Origin: Patescibacteria group bacterium
GTDB lineage: Bacteria; Patescibacteriota; Microgenomatia; Curtissbacterales; GWA2-41-24
DNA: 64,000 nt
Direction: 5' to 3'
NCBI GenBank assembly: GCA_038063735.1
Contig: JBBTUN010000002.1
Location: 13,321 to 77,320 of the forward strand
In this document: in pieces, positions 48,112-57,956 of the stretch
Numbering within the stretch: the stretch's first letter is position 1
How the letters are laid out: each line of letters opens with the position of its first letter
Notes under the pieces: model-generated
What the model saw: only the letters and a program-made list of their open reading frames with translations
Databases searched by the model: none
Told to the model about the DNA's origin: nothing
Position numbers and translations under genes: made by a program

Positions 48112-49179
48112 ATGTACTCCCCGAAATATCGAGTTTCAAATTTAATTTTAAAATATATCGGTAAGATAGAAGCCTCAAAGGAAGTTATCGAAAACGCACC
48201 ACTAGTGCCTGCGTACGAAGCTAAATTTCGACAGGAAGCGATAATCAGGACTGTCCATCACGGAACACATATAGAAGGCAATCCATTGGATAGCGGTGAG
48301 GTGGCTGCAGTACTCGAGGGTGGTAATGTTCCGGCTCGTGATCGTGATGTCCAGGAAATTTTAAATTATCGGGAAGTACTAAAGTACATTGATAAAACTC
48401 AAAACTCGAAACTCAAAATTCCAAATTTTAGCGAGAAAGATATTCTTACAATTCACAAATTAACGGTCGATAAAGTTTTGTCTGCTGCGACCGCAGGTAC
48501 ATATCGTCTAAATCAGGTTGTTGTTAAAAATTCTAAAACTGGAGAGATTAGTTTTAAACCTCCCGAGGCGAACAAAGTTAAAAAACTGGTAGGGGATTTT
48601 TTGGATTGGTTAAACGGAAAAGAAGCCAGCGATGTGCATCCGGTTCTAAAGGCAGGAATTACCCATTATGTTTTGGCTTTTATACATCCGTTTGTGGACG
48701 GAAACGGAAGGGCGTCACGTGCTTTTGCGACTTTGGTTTTGTTTCGTGGGGGTTATGATATTAAAAAGTTCTTTTCGATAGAAGAATATTTTGATAGGGA
48801 CTCTAAAAGATATTACGAAACTTTGCAGAGTGTTTCAAACCAAAAGGTGAATAGTCTATCTGAGCGGGATTTAACAGGTTGGCTTGAATATTTTTGTGAG
48901 GGAGTGGCGGAAGAGCTGGAGAGAGTCAAACAAAGAGTGCAAAAATTGTCACTGGATACAAAATTGAAAGGGAGAACGGGGCAGATAGTGCTTAACGAGA
49001 GGCAGGTAAAGCTTGTTGAGTATATCGAGGCTAATGGGTCTATTAATAATAAACAGTGGAGGGTTATTTTGCGTGATTTTTCCGATGACACAATTTTGCG
49101 GGATTTGAAGGATTTGCAGAAGAAAAAACTGGTAAAAAAGAAGGGGTCTACAAAGGGGGCCGTTTACGTACTGAGATGA
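48112..49179 (+). CDS. Fic-family protein with a C-terminal wHTH
   Basis: HPFVDGNGRASR; THIEGN inhibitory-type motif; DT..RDL..L. Confidence 0.93.
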   Translation: MYSPKYRVSNLILKYIGKIEASKEVIENAPLVPAYEAKFRQEAIIRTVHHGTHIEGNPLDSGEVAAVLEGGNVPARDRDVQEILNYREVLKYIDKTQNSKLKIPNFSEKDILTIHKLTVDKVLSAATAGTYRLNQVVVKNSKTGEISFKPPEANKVKKLVGDFLDWLNGKEASDVHPVLKAGITHYVLAFIHPFVDGNGRASRAFATLVLFRGGYDIKKFFSIEEYFDRDSKRYYETLQSVSNQKVNSLSERDLTGWLEYFCEGVAEELERVKQRVQKLSLDTKLKGRTGQIVLNERQVKLVEYIEANGSINNKQWRVILRDFSDDTILRDLKDLQKKKLVKKKGSTKGAVYVLR

Positions 49180-49580
49180 AGAGTGATAGTGAGAGAGAGT
49201 TAGAGAGTAAAAGTGTCAGAACTAAGGGTTATCATAAGTTGATTTTGTGGCAGAAGGCAAGGGAATTTTTAAAGTTGGTGTACAAGCATTCAGAAAAGTT
49301 TCCTAAAAGTGAAGAATATGGTCTAAAGAGTCAGCTAAGGAGAGCGACAGTTTCAGTACTTTTAAACATAGTAGAGGGATATCGGAGAAATTCTACAAAA
49401 GAATTTATCAGGTTTTTGAATATTTCTGGTGCCTCTTTAAGCGAGGTAGAAGCTTGTATTGAGATAGCCATCGACCTTGGGTATTTTACTCAAACGGAAT
49501 ATAAAATTCTTGAAGAAAGGAGAGTGGAAATAGAAGTTATTTTATTCTCTTTTGAGAAATCTCTAAGAAAAAAACTATAA
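49176..49580 (+). CDS. Four-helix-bundle protein (IVS/Avd-like family)
   Basis: KL..WQKA, FPKSE.YGL.SQLRRA.VSV.LNI.EG, F.RFL.I...SL.E. Confidence 0.92.
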   Translation: MKSDSERELESKSVRTKGYHKLILWQKAREFLKLVYKHSEKFPKSEEYGLKSQLRRATVSVLLNIVEGYRRNSTKEFIRFLNISGASLSEVEACIEIAIDLGYFTQTEYKILEERRVEIEVILFSFEKSLRKKL

Positions 49581-49593
49581 CTCTATTACTCTT

Positions 49594-51507
49594 ATGCTCT
49601 TTGCAACTTTATCGAAATATTACGAAAAGTTGGAGTCAACGAGTAAACGTTTGGAGCTTGTTGATATTTTATCCAAACTTTTTGGAGAATCGGACAGTGC
49701 GGAAATTGGCAAGATTTGTTATTTGTTGCAGGGAAGAGTTGCGCCGTTTTATATGCCTGTTGAAATGGGAATGGCCGAATCTATGGTCGCGCAGGCAATT
49801 GCCAAGGCGTATGGCCCCACTTCGCCAAGGCTTCGAGGGGTAAACATTACAAAAGATGAAGTTATTAAGCTTTATCGTAAGTTGGGGAATATGGGGCTAG
49901 CGGCACAAGAGTTAAGCAATAAGCAAAAAGCAAAAAGTAATAAGTTGTCAGTAAGCGATGTATTTGAGGAGCTTTTAAAGATTGCAAATACTGGAGGAGA
50001 AGGGTCGGTAGAGCAAAAGATAACAACCCTGGCAAACATTTTGAAAGATTTGGATTCTGTTTCCGTTAAACATGTGGTAAATATTCCGTTGGGAACGTTG
50101 AGGTTGGGAATTGGTGACCCGACGGTTATGGACGCACTTTCCATTGCCAAAACGGGAGACAAAAAACTGCGGCCGGTAATCGAAGATGCTTATAACAAAA
50201 CCAGCGATCTTGGATACGTTGCCGAAGAATTTTTTAAGTATGGAGAAAAGGGTTTGGCGACTATTAAATTAATCGTTGGAAAACCGGTTAGGCCGGCTTT
50301 GGCCGAGCGGATGCCAAATGCAGACGAAGTTGTTAAGCGAATGGGCGACAAATTTGCGGCAGAACCCAAGTTTGACGGATTTAGGGTGCAAATTCATTTG
50401 GACCGGCGCGGTATTGCGGGTCCTGTCACGATTTTCCCTCCCGCCAGTGCTCGATCAGGAAAGAAAACAGATCGTGATCAGTCGGAAAATGTTGATCTGC
50501 GCGCTGTCGGTAGCCCTTCCAATCGTGCCACCCGCGAAGTCGAGATTTTTTCCCGAAACCTGGAAGATATGACACATTCTTTTCCGGATTTAGCGCAAGG
50601 GGTTTTAAAAGAAGTCAAGGCAAAATCTGTGATTATGGAGGGGGAGGCAATTGCTTATAACCCGCAGACGGAGGAATTTTTACCGTTTCAGGAAACAACA
50701 AAGAGAAGGCGCAAATATAAGATCGAAGAAACTGCAAAAGCACTGCCACTTGTCTGTTTTGCCTTTGATATTTTGTATTTGGACGGGCAGGATATAACGG
50801 GAAAGCCGGAGGTTGAGCGCAGAAAACTGTTGGAAAAAATTGTTTCGAAAGACCTGCCTGCCGGCAGGCAGGGTAACCAAACGATTAGAATTGCCGAACA
50901 AAGGGTAATTTCTACTGCCAAAGAAATCCAGGAATTTTTTAATGAGGCAATTTCGGATGGGCTCGAAGGTTTGATGATTAAAAAACTGGATGCGCCATAT
51001 AAAGCAGGCGGGCGGGGTTTCCATTGGATTAAGTTTAAGCGGGCTTCCAGCGGAGATTTGGCAGATACGGTGGATTGTGTTTTGTTGGGGATTTATAGTG
51101 GCAAAGGCAAAAGGACGGAATTTGGGGATGGTGGGCTTTTGGTTGGGATTTATAACGATAAAGATGATGTTTTTGAGACGATTTCGCGGGTTGGGACGGG
51201 TTTGACGGATGAAGAGTTTAGAAAAGTCCATGAAATTGGCAAAAAGTTAAGGCTTGGTCATAAACCGGCAAGAGTAAGGTCTAAAATTGAACCGAGTTAT
51301 TGGGTAGAGCCGAAAGAAGTTTTGGAAATTTACGCCGACGAAATTACCAAATCTCCGATTCATACGGCTGGAGAAGAAGATGGAATTGGGTATGCGTTAA
51401 GATTTCCGAGATTAGTTAAATTTAGAGAGGCAGACAAAAGGGCTGAAGATGCAACTACGGTTGAGGAGATTAAAAAATTGTATAAAAATCAGTATGGCAA
51501 GAAGTAG
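49594..51507 (+). CDS. ATP-dependent DNA ligase (four in-frame inserts)
   Basis: EPKFDG.RVQIH, EGE, FDILY, EGLMIK, W.KFK, LRFPR. Confidence 0.95.
   Translation: MLFATLSKYYEKLESTSKRLELVDILSKLFGESDSAEIGKICYLLQGRVAPFYMPVEMGMAESMVAQAIAKAYGPTSPRLRGVNITKDEVIKLYRKLGNMGLAAQELSNKQKAKSNKLSVSDVFEELLKIANTGGEGSVEQKITTLANILKDLDSVSVKHVVNIPLGTLRLGIGDPTVMDALSIAKTGDKKLRPVIEDAYNKTSDLGYVAEEFFKYGEKGLATIKLIVGKPVRPALAERMPNADEVVKRMGDKFAAEPKFDGFRVQIHLDRRGIAGPVTIFPPASARSGKKTDRDQSENVDLRAVGSPSNRATREVEIFSRNLEDMTHSFPDLAQGVLKEVKAKSVIMEGEAIAYNPQTEEFLPFQETTKRRRKYKIEETAKALPLVCFAFDILYLDGQDITGKPEVERRKLLEKIVSKDLPAGRQGNQTIRIAEQRVISTAKEIQEFFNEAISDGLEGLMIKKLDAPYKAGGRGFHWIKFKRASSGDLADTVDCVLLGIYSGKGKRTEFGDGGLLVGIYNDKDDVFETISRVGTGLTDEEFRKVHEIGKKLRLGHKPARVRSKIEPSYWVEPKEVLEIYADEITKSPIHTAGEEDGIGYALRFPRLVKFREADKRAEDATTVEEIKKLYKNQYGKK
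50418..50533 (+). mobile_element. 116-nt family D element, in frame in the ligase adenylation domain
   Basis: gggtcctgtcacgatt...aatcgtgccaccc; lies between RVQIH and V.IFSR. Confidence 0.88.
50853..50872. repeat. Perfect 20-bp palindrome, in frame in the ligase
   Basis: cctgcctgccggcaggcagg (LPAGRQ). Confidence 0.85.
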
Positions 51508-51528
51508 GAATATGACTAAATTTTCGAA

Positions 51529-51867
51529 TTACTCTTTTTCTGTTTTTACCTGCATTGTATCTATTTCTTTTTGAATTTTTAACTTTGTCTCCGGATTTCT
51601 GGTAGTTTTTTGCCAGGTTTTCATAAATAGGTAGTGATGTGTGCCCTTTATTGTATCCATTAAGCCGTCTAATGCCAAAAATGTATAAGGAGTACAAAAT
51701 ATTGTTTCTAAACTGGCTCTTAATATGGTCGGGTCTGTGTCTTTGAATCTGTAAATTACAAGTGCGTCAAGTGAGGTACCGATTCCAGTATTAATTAACC
51801 CAACGATTCTTGCTTTATTTCTCCAACTTTTTAGCTTTTCATCGTATGATTTTTGTCGTTCTGACAT
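51529..51867 (-). CDS. Hypothetical protein
   Basis: 112-aa ORF. Confidence 0.55.
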   Translation of the reverse strand: MSERQKSYDEKLKSWRNKARIVGLINTGIGTSLDALVIYRFKDTDPTILRASLETIFCTPYTFLALDGLMDTIKGTHHYLFMKTWQKTTRNPETKLKIQKEIDTMQVKTEKE

Positions 51868-51977
51868 GTGCAGATTATATTCTTGGCTATAGTATTTTTC
51901 AATTTAGCCCCTCGATGCTTCGGGCAACAGGAAACCTTAAACTAGAAACTTCACTGCGTTTTAACTAAACTATAATT

Positions 51978-52174
51978 GTCATGCTGAACTTGTTTCAGCA
52001 TCTATAAACTTCCGAGGGATAAGAGCCCTCGGTATTGTTCTTTAAGTTTACATGAGCGAGCAGAACACTTATCTTCTCGGAAGTATGTATTTTCTCGCAT
52101 TCATCCTTGGACTGATAGTCCATGGTGTTCTGCGAACAAATATAAATAAGATCCTGAATTAAATTCAGGATGAC
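51978..52174 (+). mobile_element. Family C palindrome interrupted by an IS200/IS605-end-like hairpin element
   Basis: gtcatgctgaacttgtttcagcatct ... gatcctgaattaaattcaggatgac with internal hairpins ccgaggg/ccctcgg and tggact/agtcca. Confidence 0.7.
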
Positions 52175-52188
52175 GTTGAAAGAAATGT

Positions 52189-53403
52189 ATGGACACTTCT
52201 AAAATTGCTAAGCAGATTCGGGTTAGTGAGAAAGATCTCCAATCAGTACTCAAATACATTGAAGACTACTGGCCTAAGTTGGTAAGAGAGCATAAAAAAG
52301 ATGTCCGCAGTTTGATTGGTTTGCCAAACCCCTACATTGTGCCTACAGACGGTGAAGCGTTTCAGGAACAGTATTATTGGGACAGTTATCCGATTGTGCG
52401 GGCTCTTATCGACCACCCAAAATATTCTAAGCTGGCGATTGGGATGGTAGACAATTTACTTTATTTAGTTAAACGGTTTGGGATTATTCCCAATGCTTCG
52501 CGCTATTTTTTTCTTTCACGGTCACAGCCGCCGGTTTTATCTATGATGGTTTTTTTGGTTTACGAAAAAACAAAAAATAAAAAGTGGTTTGCCAACGCGA
52601 TCAAGTTAGTTGAGGAAGAATATAGAGATGTTTGGATGGGTAGAGTGCATCTACGAAATTTTCGCAATGTTCACAGAGGACTTTCGCGCTATTATGACCT
52701 AAATGCTTTAAATGTTTTGGCGGAAGCGGAAAGTGGTTGGGATATGACTAGCCGTTTCATGGGGAAGTGTTTGGATATTTTGCCGGTTGATTTAAACTGC
52801 CTTCTTTATTTATATGAAGTTGATTTGGCCCGTGCATATGATATTTTGGGAAGTCCCGGGAAAAAGAAAAAATATCTGGATTTGGCTAAGAAAAGAGTTA
52901 GGTCAATTAATAATTTAATGTGGAGTGAACGAGGGGGATATTTTTTTGATTACGATTGGGTTGAGCGCAAAATTAGCCATTTGATTACGGTTGCCGGTGT
53001 TTTTCCGCTGTCGGTAGGATTAGCTTCTAAATCTCAGGCAGAGCGGGTTGTTAACGTAGTTGAAAAGACGCTACAGAAAAATTATGGTGTGGTGCAATCG
53101 GTACGTTTTTTTCAGAATATGCAGTGGGATTACCCCAATGGATGGGCGCCAATGCAGCTACGGGTTGTGGAGGGTCTTTTTAACTATGGCTTTGATCATT
53201 TGGCTGAGCGGATTATCAAAAAATGGCTTTTTCTGAACATTAAAGTCTTTGGCGAAACCGGATTTTTGTGGGAAAAATATGAAGTTGTCCATGGGCGGGT
53301 TGGGGTACCGGACAGGTACCCGACACAAGCCGGGTTTGGCTGGACAAATGCCGTGTTTTTGATTTTTTGTGAGATGCTTTCAAAATCTTCTAAAATTGCT
53401 TGA
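52189..53403 (+). CDS. Trehalase (GH37)
   Basis: YYWDSY, IPN, RSQPP, AESGWD, PVDLN, QWDYPNGWAP, EKY, GFGWTN. Confidence 0.93.
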   Translation: MDTSKIAKQIRVSEKDLQSVLKYIEDYWPKLVREHKKDVRSLIGLPNPYIVPTDGEAFQEQYYWDSYPIVRALIDHPKYSKLAIGMVDNLLYLVKRFGIIPNASRYFFLSRSQPPVLSMMVFLVYEKTKNKKWFANAIKLVEEEYRDVWMGRVHLRNFRNVHRGLSRYYDLNALNVLAEAESGWDMTSRFMGKCLDILPVDLNCLLYLYEVDLARAYDILGSPGKKKKYLDLAKKRVRSINNLMWSERGGYFFDYDWVERKISHLITVAGVFPLSVGLASKSQAERVVNVVEKTLQKNYGVVQSVRFFQNMQWDYPNGWAPMQLRVVEGLFNYGFDHLAERIIKKWLFLNIKVFGETGFLWEKYEVVHGRVGVPDRYPTQAGFGWTNAVFLIFCEMLSKSSKIA

Positions 53404-53426
53404 CATAACAGTTCTTATATTCAAAA

Positions 53427-54065
53427 ATGGTTGTGGCAATTATGGATAAAAAATCACAACTGTTGGATCTTAAAAAACGTATGCAGGATGATGTAAAGCT
53501 GCCGCTTAGACATGGAGCAACCCAGCTTGTTTTTGGTGAAGGTAATGCCAACACAGATGTGTATTTTTTGGGGGAAGCTCCGGGTTATTTTGAGGATAAA
53601 CAGGGCAGACCATTCGTGGGTTTGGCAGGGCAGCTTTTGGATAAATTAATAGAATCTATTGGACTCGTTCGGAAAGATGTTTATATTTCTAACGTTATCA
53701 GGTTTAGACCTCCCGGAAATCGAGATCCCGAGCCGGACGAACTTGGAGCGTTTGCTCCTTATGTTGATGAAGAAATAAAGATAATCGAGCCTAAAGTTAT
53801 TGTCACTCTAGGGCGTTTTTCGATGAATAAGTTCTTGCCGGACGCGAGAATTTCTGCTGTCCATGGCAAAAAATTTGTGGTTGAATTTAATGGAAAAAAA
53901 CAAATTGTTCTTCCTATGTATCATCCGGCAGCAGCTCTTAGAAATGGGGCTATTATGAATTTGTTAAAGGAGGATTTTCAAATTATAAAGCTTGCACTTG
54001 CCGGTGATATAGCAGAATCTGGCGCTCCAAAAAGCGGTAATAATTCGCAGTTAAGTTTAGTTTAG
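53427..54065 (+). CDS. Uracil-DNA glycosylase family 4
   Basis: GEAPG..ED..GRPFVG.AG, RPPGNRDP, HPAA. Confidence 0.93.
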   Translation: MVVAIMDKKSQLLDLKKRMQDDVKLPLRHGATQLVFGEGNANTDVYFLGEAPGYFEDKQGRPFVGLAGQLLDKLIESIGLVRKDVYISNVIRFRPPGNRDPEPDELGAFAPYVDEEIKIIEPKVIVTLGRFSMNKFLPDARISAVHGKKFVVEFNGKKQIVLPMYHPAAALRNGAIMNLLKEDFQIIKLALAGDIAESGAPKSGNNSQLSLV

Positions 54066-54098
54066 GGTGGGAAGAGGTAAAATAAATAATAAAACAAA

Positions 54099-54440
54099 AT
54101 GAGTAGTCGGGATTCCAGTAGAAACATGGTTGCTGCTATGTCTTATTTTTTGGGATTTGTGAGCGGAATAGTTATTTTGATGGTGGAGGCAGATGACAAA
54201 TTTATCCGTTTTCATGCGATGCAGTCGACGATGGCAACAGGCACACTTTTTATTTTAAATCTATTGCTTGGGGTTGTATTGAATCCACTGGGGATATTTA
54301 GTTTTATTTCTACTATTAGTGGGCTTATTATTTGGGCAGTAATCATTTACATCTGTGTGCGCTGCGCGACTAGTGCGTATCGCGGTAAAGTATATAAGTT
54401 ACCCATTTTTGGCAATATAGCCGAAAGGCGAGTAAGGTAA
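54099..54440 (+). CDS. DUF4870-like membrane protein
   Basis: RFHAMQS, AY.G..YKLP..G..AE. Confidence 0.8.
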   Translation: MSSRDSSRNMVAAMSYFLGFVSGIVILMVEADDKFIRFHAMQSTMATGTLFILNLLLGVVLNPLGIFSFISTISGLIIWAVIIYICVRCATSAYRGKVYKLPIFGNIAERRVR

Positions 54441-54449
54441 TATTTTTAG

Positions 54450-55010
54450 ATGAAATTAATAGTTGGTTTAGGTAATCCTGGAGCGAAATATGGAAAAAAC
54501 AGGCATAATTTGGGATTTATGGTTGTGGATCTCTTTGTGAAGAATTTTGGGCTTTCGTGGAGGTATAGCCCGGATTGGATTGCTTTTTATGCAAAAGATA
54601 AGAATGTTTATTTAAAGCCGTCCACTTTTATGAATAAAAGTGGAGTGTCAATCGCAGCTCTTGCAAATTTTTATAACATAGACAGTAAAGATATTCTGAT
54701 AATTTATGATGAAGTAGATTTACCGCTTGGCAAAATAAGGCTGGCATTTAATGGGTTGTCTGCCGGCCACCATGGAATTGATTCTATCATTGAATGTTTG
54801 GGTGGGGTGGAGTTTGCAAGACTCAGGGTAGGAATTGGTAGGCCGGAAAAAAGTGAAAAAGGTTATACAAAAGAGGTTTCTGATTATGTGCTTGAGGATT
54901 TTAACAAAGAGGAAGAGAAACGATTGCCAGGGTTGATAAAAAATTGTGAAGAGGCAATAAACTCGTATATTTCGGACGGAATTGAGGCGACTATGAACAA
55001 ATTCAATTGA
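54450..55010 (+). CDS. pth: Peptidyl-tRNA hydrolase
   Basis: GLGNPG..Y..NRHN.GF, KP.TFMN.SG, GH.G, R.R.GIG. Confidence 0.97.
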   Translation: MKLIVGLGNPGAKYGKNRHNLGFMVVDLFVKNFGLSWRYSPDWIAFYAKDKNVYLKPSTFMNKSGVSIAALANFYNIDSKDILIIYDEVDLPLGKIRLAFNGLSAGHHGIDSIIECLGGVEFARLRVGIGRPEKSEKGYTKEVSDYVLEDFNKEEEKRLPGLIKNCEEAINSYISDGIEATMNKFN

Positions 55011-55013
55011 ATA

Positions 55014-55442
55014 GTGATAAGCAAGAAGCAACCCATTCGAGGGGCTCAGGGCAAGCAAGCAACAAGACATCAAAATAAAAACTTTAGGGAAGAGGTTTTT
55101 AAGCAAGTTAAGAAAATTCCCAAGGGAAAGGTGACAACGTATGGAGAAATCGCGACTAAACTGGGAAACCCAAGATTGTCTCGACAAGTTGGTTGGGCAT
55201 TACACCAAAATAAATCGGCTGATGTTCCGTGTCACAGGGTTGTTGATAGAAATGGCAGACTAGCCCCTAATTTTGGCGGCCCTTCGCTTGAAAGCTTCGG
55301 ACGCCGAGCATTTTCGTCCAGAGGACGACCAGCCTTTGGCTGGGATGGGGCAAGTGAGCAGAAAAGAAGACTAGCGGTTGAGGGAGTAAAGTTTGTTGAC
55401 GAGATGCATGTAAATCTGAATACCTCTTTGTGGCAAAAGTAG
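55014..55442 (+). CDS. MGMT/Atl alkyltransferase-domain protein (three inserts)
   Basis: IP.GKVTTYG.IA, R.VG.AL, PCHRVV; inserts at 55032-55055, 55275-55307 and 55314-55343. Confidence 0.9.
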   Translation: MISKKQPIRGAQGKQATRHQNKNFREEVFKQVKKIPKGKVTTYGEIATKLGNPRLSRQVGWALHQNKSADVPCHRVVDRNGRLAPNFGGPSLESFGRRAFSSRGRPAFGWDGASEQKRRLAVEGVKFVDEMHVNLNTSLWQK

Positions 55443-55520
55443 AAAGTGTTGAGGTAGAGTGGAAAAAGAATTTAGAAGACTTAGTGAGTTTGAGGTACCT
55501 GGATGATATAATTCTCCTCC

Positions 55521-56696
55521 ATGAAAGCAGGATCCATAAACATTTCTGTACTTGGTTCGACGGGGTCGATTGGTACACAAACTCTTGAAGTAGTAGACCA
55601 GTTCAAAGATTCCATTAAAGTGGTCGGTCTGGCGGCCGGTGGAAATGTAAATTTAATAAAGAATCAAATCGAGAAATACAAGCCTAAAATTGTATCCGTG
55701 GCGGAAGAAAAGACAGCAGGGCTCTTGCGAAAGTCTAAAAAATTAGGATCGACCAAAGTTAGTTTTGGGGACGAAGGTAATTGTGCCGTTGCGATTATAA
55801 ATTTGGCAGATAAAGTTGTAATTGCTACGCCTGGGCTATTTGGAATAAAACCAACTCTACTTGCTATCAAAAACAAAAAAACGATTGCACTGGCGACCAA
55901 AGAGGTTTTAGTCGCGGCAGGCGAATTGATAGTATCGGAGGCTAGGAAACATAAGGTGGATTTGCTACCGATTGATTCGGAGCATTCGGCGATATTTCAG
56001 TGCATTGCCGGTCGAAGTGCTGATGAGGTTAAGAGAGTAATCCTGACTTGCTCCGGGGGTCCTTTTAGGGGAATGAAGCCAAAGCAGCTGAAAAAAATCA
56101 CTCCGGCTCAAGCGCTTGCGCATCCAACTTGGAAAATGGGCCAGAAAATTACGATAGACAGCGCAACACTTATGAACAAAGGTTTTGAGGTAATTGAGGC
56201 GATGTGGCTTTTTGGCGTTCCTCTTTCTAAAATCGAAGTTGTTGTCCATCCCCAGAGTATTATCCATTCGGCAGTCGAGTTTGTAGACGGTTCAATAATT
56301 GCCCAAATGGGTGCATCTGACATGCGTTTGCCAATTCAATACGCACTTTTTTATCCCGGTAAACGTTTAGGAAATAAATTCAGAAGGTTTTCATTTACAG
56401 ATGGCAAAGGACTTTCGTTTGAAGAGCCGGATAGAAAGACATTTAGGTGTTTGGACTTGGCATTCAAAGCAATTGGCGAGGGGAAAACGGCTCCGGCGAT
56501 TCTGACCGCTGCAAATGATGTTGCAGTTGAGGCATTTATTGCCGGACGATTGTCTTTTTTGAGGATCGCGGATGTAGTCGAGGCGACACTTAATGCTCAT
56601 ACTCCAAAGAAATACTCAAATTTAGAGCAGATTTTGGTTGTTGACGGGTGGGCAAGGGATAAAGCAGCCCAGTTTGTAGTAAAATTCGGCAGATAA
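55521..56696 (+). CDS. dxr: DXP reductoisomerase
   Basis: LGSTGSIG, PIDSEHSA, HP.W.MG.KITIDSATLMNKG. Confidence 0.97.
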   Translation: MKAGSINISVLGSTGSIGTQTLEVVDQFKDSIKVVGLAAGGNVNLIKNQIEKYKPKIVSVAEEKTAGLLRKSKKLGSTKVSFGDEGNCAVAIINLADKVVIATPGLFGIKPTLLAIKNKKTIALATKEVLVAAGELIVSEARKHKVDLLPIDSEHSAIFQCIAGRSADEVKRVILTCSGGPFRGMKPKQLKKITPAQALAHPTWKMGQKITIDSATLMNKGFEVIEAMWLFGVPLSKIEVVVHPQSIIHSAVEFVDGSIIAQMGASDMRLPIQYALFYPGKRLGNKFRRFSFTDGKGLSFEEPDRKTFRCLDLAFKAIGEGKTAPAILTAANDVAVEAFIAGRLSFLRIADVVEATLNAHTPKKYSNLEQILVVDGWARDKAAQFVVKFGR

Positions 56697-56697
56697 T

Positions 56698-56743
56698 ATA
56701 TCACAGGTCGCACTTCGATAAACTCAGTGCGCTCCTCTGATAT
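56698..56743. repeat. Intergenic family F element with a B-like hairpin core
   Basis: atatcacaggtcgcac-ttcgataaactca-gtgcgctcctctgatat. Confidence 0.75.
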
Positions 56744-56757
56744 TTTTGTAGACAAAT

Positions 56758-57465
56758 ATGAATCACTTGATAATAGTTGCCGGGGGCAGCGGTAAGCGCA
56801 TGAATTTAGGGTTTAATAAGATTTTTGTTAAGCTTGGCGGTTTTCCGATAATTTACTGGACAATTTTGGCTTTCGAGAGAAGTAAGACTGTCCAAAACAT
56901 AATTATTTCGGCAAGCGAGGAGGATATTTTAAAAATTAGAGCTCTTGTTAAACGAAGCGGATTTGGTAAAGTTAAGGATATAACTGTTGCAGGTCCGACA
57001 AGGCAGCAATCCACTTTTGAAATTCTAAAAATGATTAAGTTAAAAATTAAAGACAAAGATTTAGTAGGTATTCATAACGGTGCAAATCCGTTTGTGACAG
57101 CGGAGGAAATAAAAAAGGTGTTTTTGGCTGCAAAAAAACATGGGGCTGCACTTCTGGCACAGCCTGCGAGGGACACTGTTAAGATAGCGGACGCGGATAC
57201 TTTTGTTGAAAGTACCCCACTGCGACAGTTTTCCTGGTATGCGCAAACTCCGCAGGTAGCCACTTTTGGAAATTTATGGAAGGCATTTGTTTTTGCCGAA
57301 CGCCAAAAGTTTACGGGAACAGACGATGCCCAGCTTTTGGAAAGAGTAGGTATAAGGCCGAAAATAATCGCTTGTACAAATTTAAACGTTAAGATTACTT
57401 TCAGGGAAGATATACAACTAGCAAAGCAGATTTTAAAAAATTTCTTGAAAAACAATAAGTTATGA
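56758..57465 (+). CDS. ispD: MEP cytidylyltransferase
   Basis: AGGSGKRM...K, DTVK, QTPQ, TDDA, N.KIT. Confidence 0.94.
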   Translation: MNHLIIVAGGSGKRMNLGFNKIFVKLGGFPIIYWTILAFERSKTVQNIIISASEEDILKIRALVKRSGFGKVKDITVAGPTRQQSTFEILKMIKLKIKDKDLVGIHNGANPFVTAEEIKKVFLAAKKHGAALLAQPARDTVKIADADTFVESTPLRQFSWYAQTPQVATFGNLWKAFVFAERQKFTGTDDAQLLERVGIRPKIIACTNLNVKITFREDIQLAKQILKNFLKNNKL

Positions 57466-57956
57466 AAAATACTTCCGACTTTAGAATCGGGATAGGTCAG
57501 GATTCACATAGATTCGAAAAAAGATCAAAACCTTTGTTTTTAGGAGGAATTGAGGTTGCGAAGTCGGGTGGGCTCGCAGGCAAATCTGATGCCGATGTTA
57601 TTTTGCACAGTCTTTGTAATGCGCTTTCTTCGGCAATCGGCGGAGATTCGCTTTCTACATGGTCTGATAAAATGTGCAGCCAAGGGATAGTAAACAGTCA
57701 AAAATATTTGGAGCATATATTTGATGTAATCTGCAAAAAGAACTATAAAGTTTTGAATGTTTCCATATCGGTTGAGGCGAAAAAGCCCTATTTTGTACTT
57801 GAGACGATCAAAAAAATGAAAAACAAAATTGCCAAGCTTTTGGACATTGATGCTGCGCTGGTAGGAATTACGTTCACATCGGGTGAAGGGCTGACGCCGT
57901 TTGGCCGGGGACTTGGAATTCAGTCTTTTGCCCAAGTATTGCTGTGTCGAAAATAA
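57462..57956 (+). CDS. ispF: MEcPP synthase
   Basis: RIG.GQDSH, SDADV.LH...AL, T.GEGL. Confidence 0.92.
   Translation: MKNTSDFRIGIGQDSHRFEKRSKPLFLGGIEVAKSGGLAGKSDADVILHSLCNALSSAIGGDSLSTWSDKMCSQGIVNSQKYLEHIFDVICKKNYKVLNVSISVEAKKPYFVLETIKKMKNKIAKLLDIDAALVGITFTSGEGLTPFGRGLGIQSFAQVLLCRK

Noticed and set aside
50418-50533. Intein or group I/II intron explanation for the family D inserts
   Set aside because: Too short, no C/S...HN intein ends, found in both orientations, and no recognisable ribozyme core.
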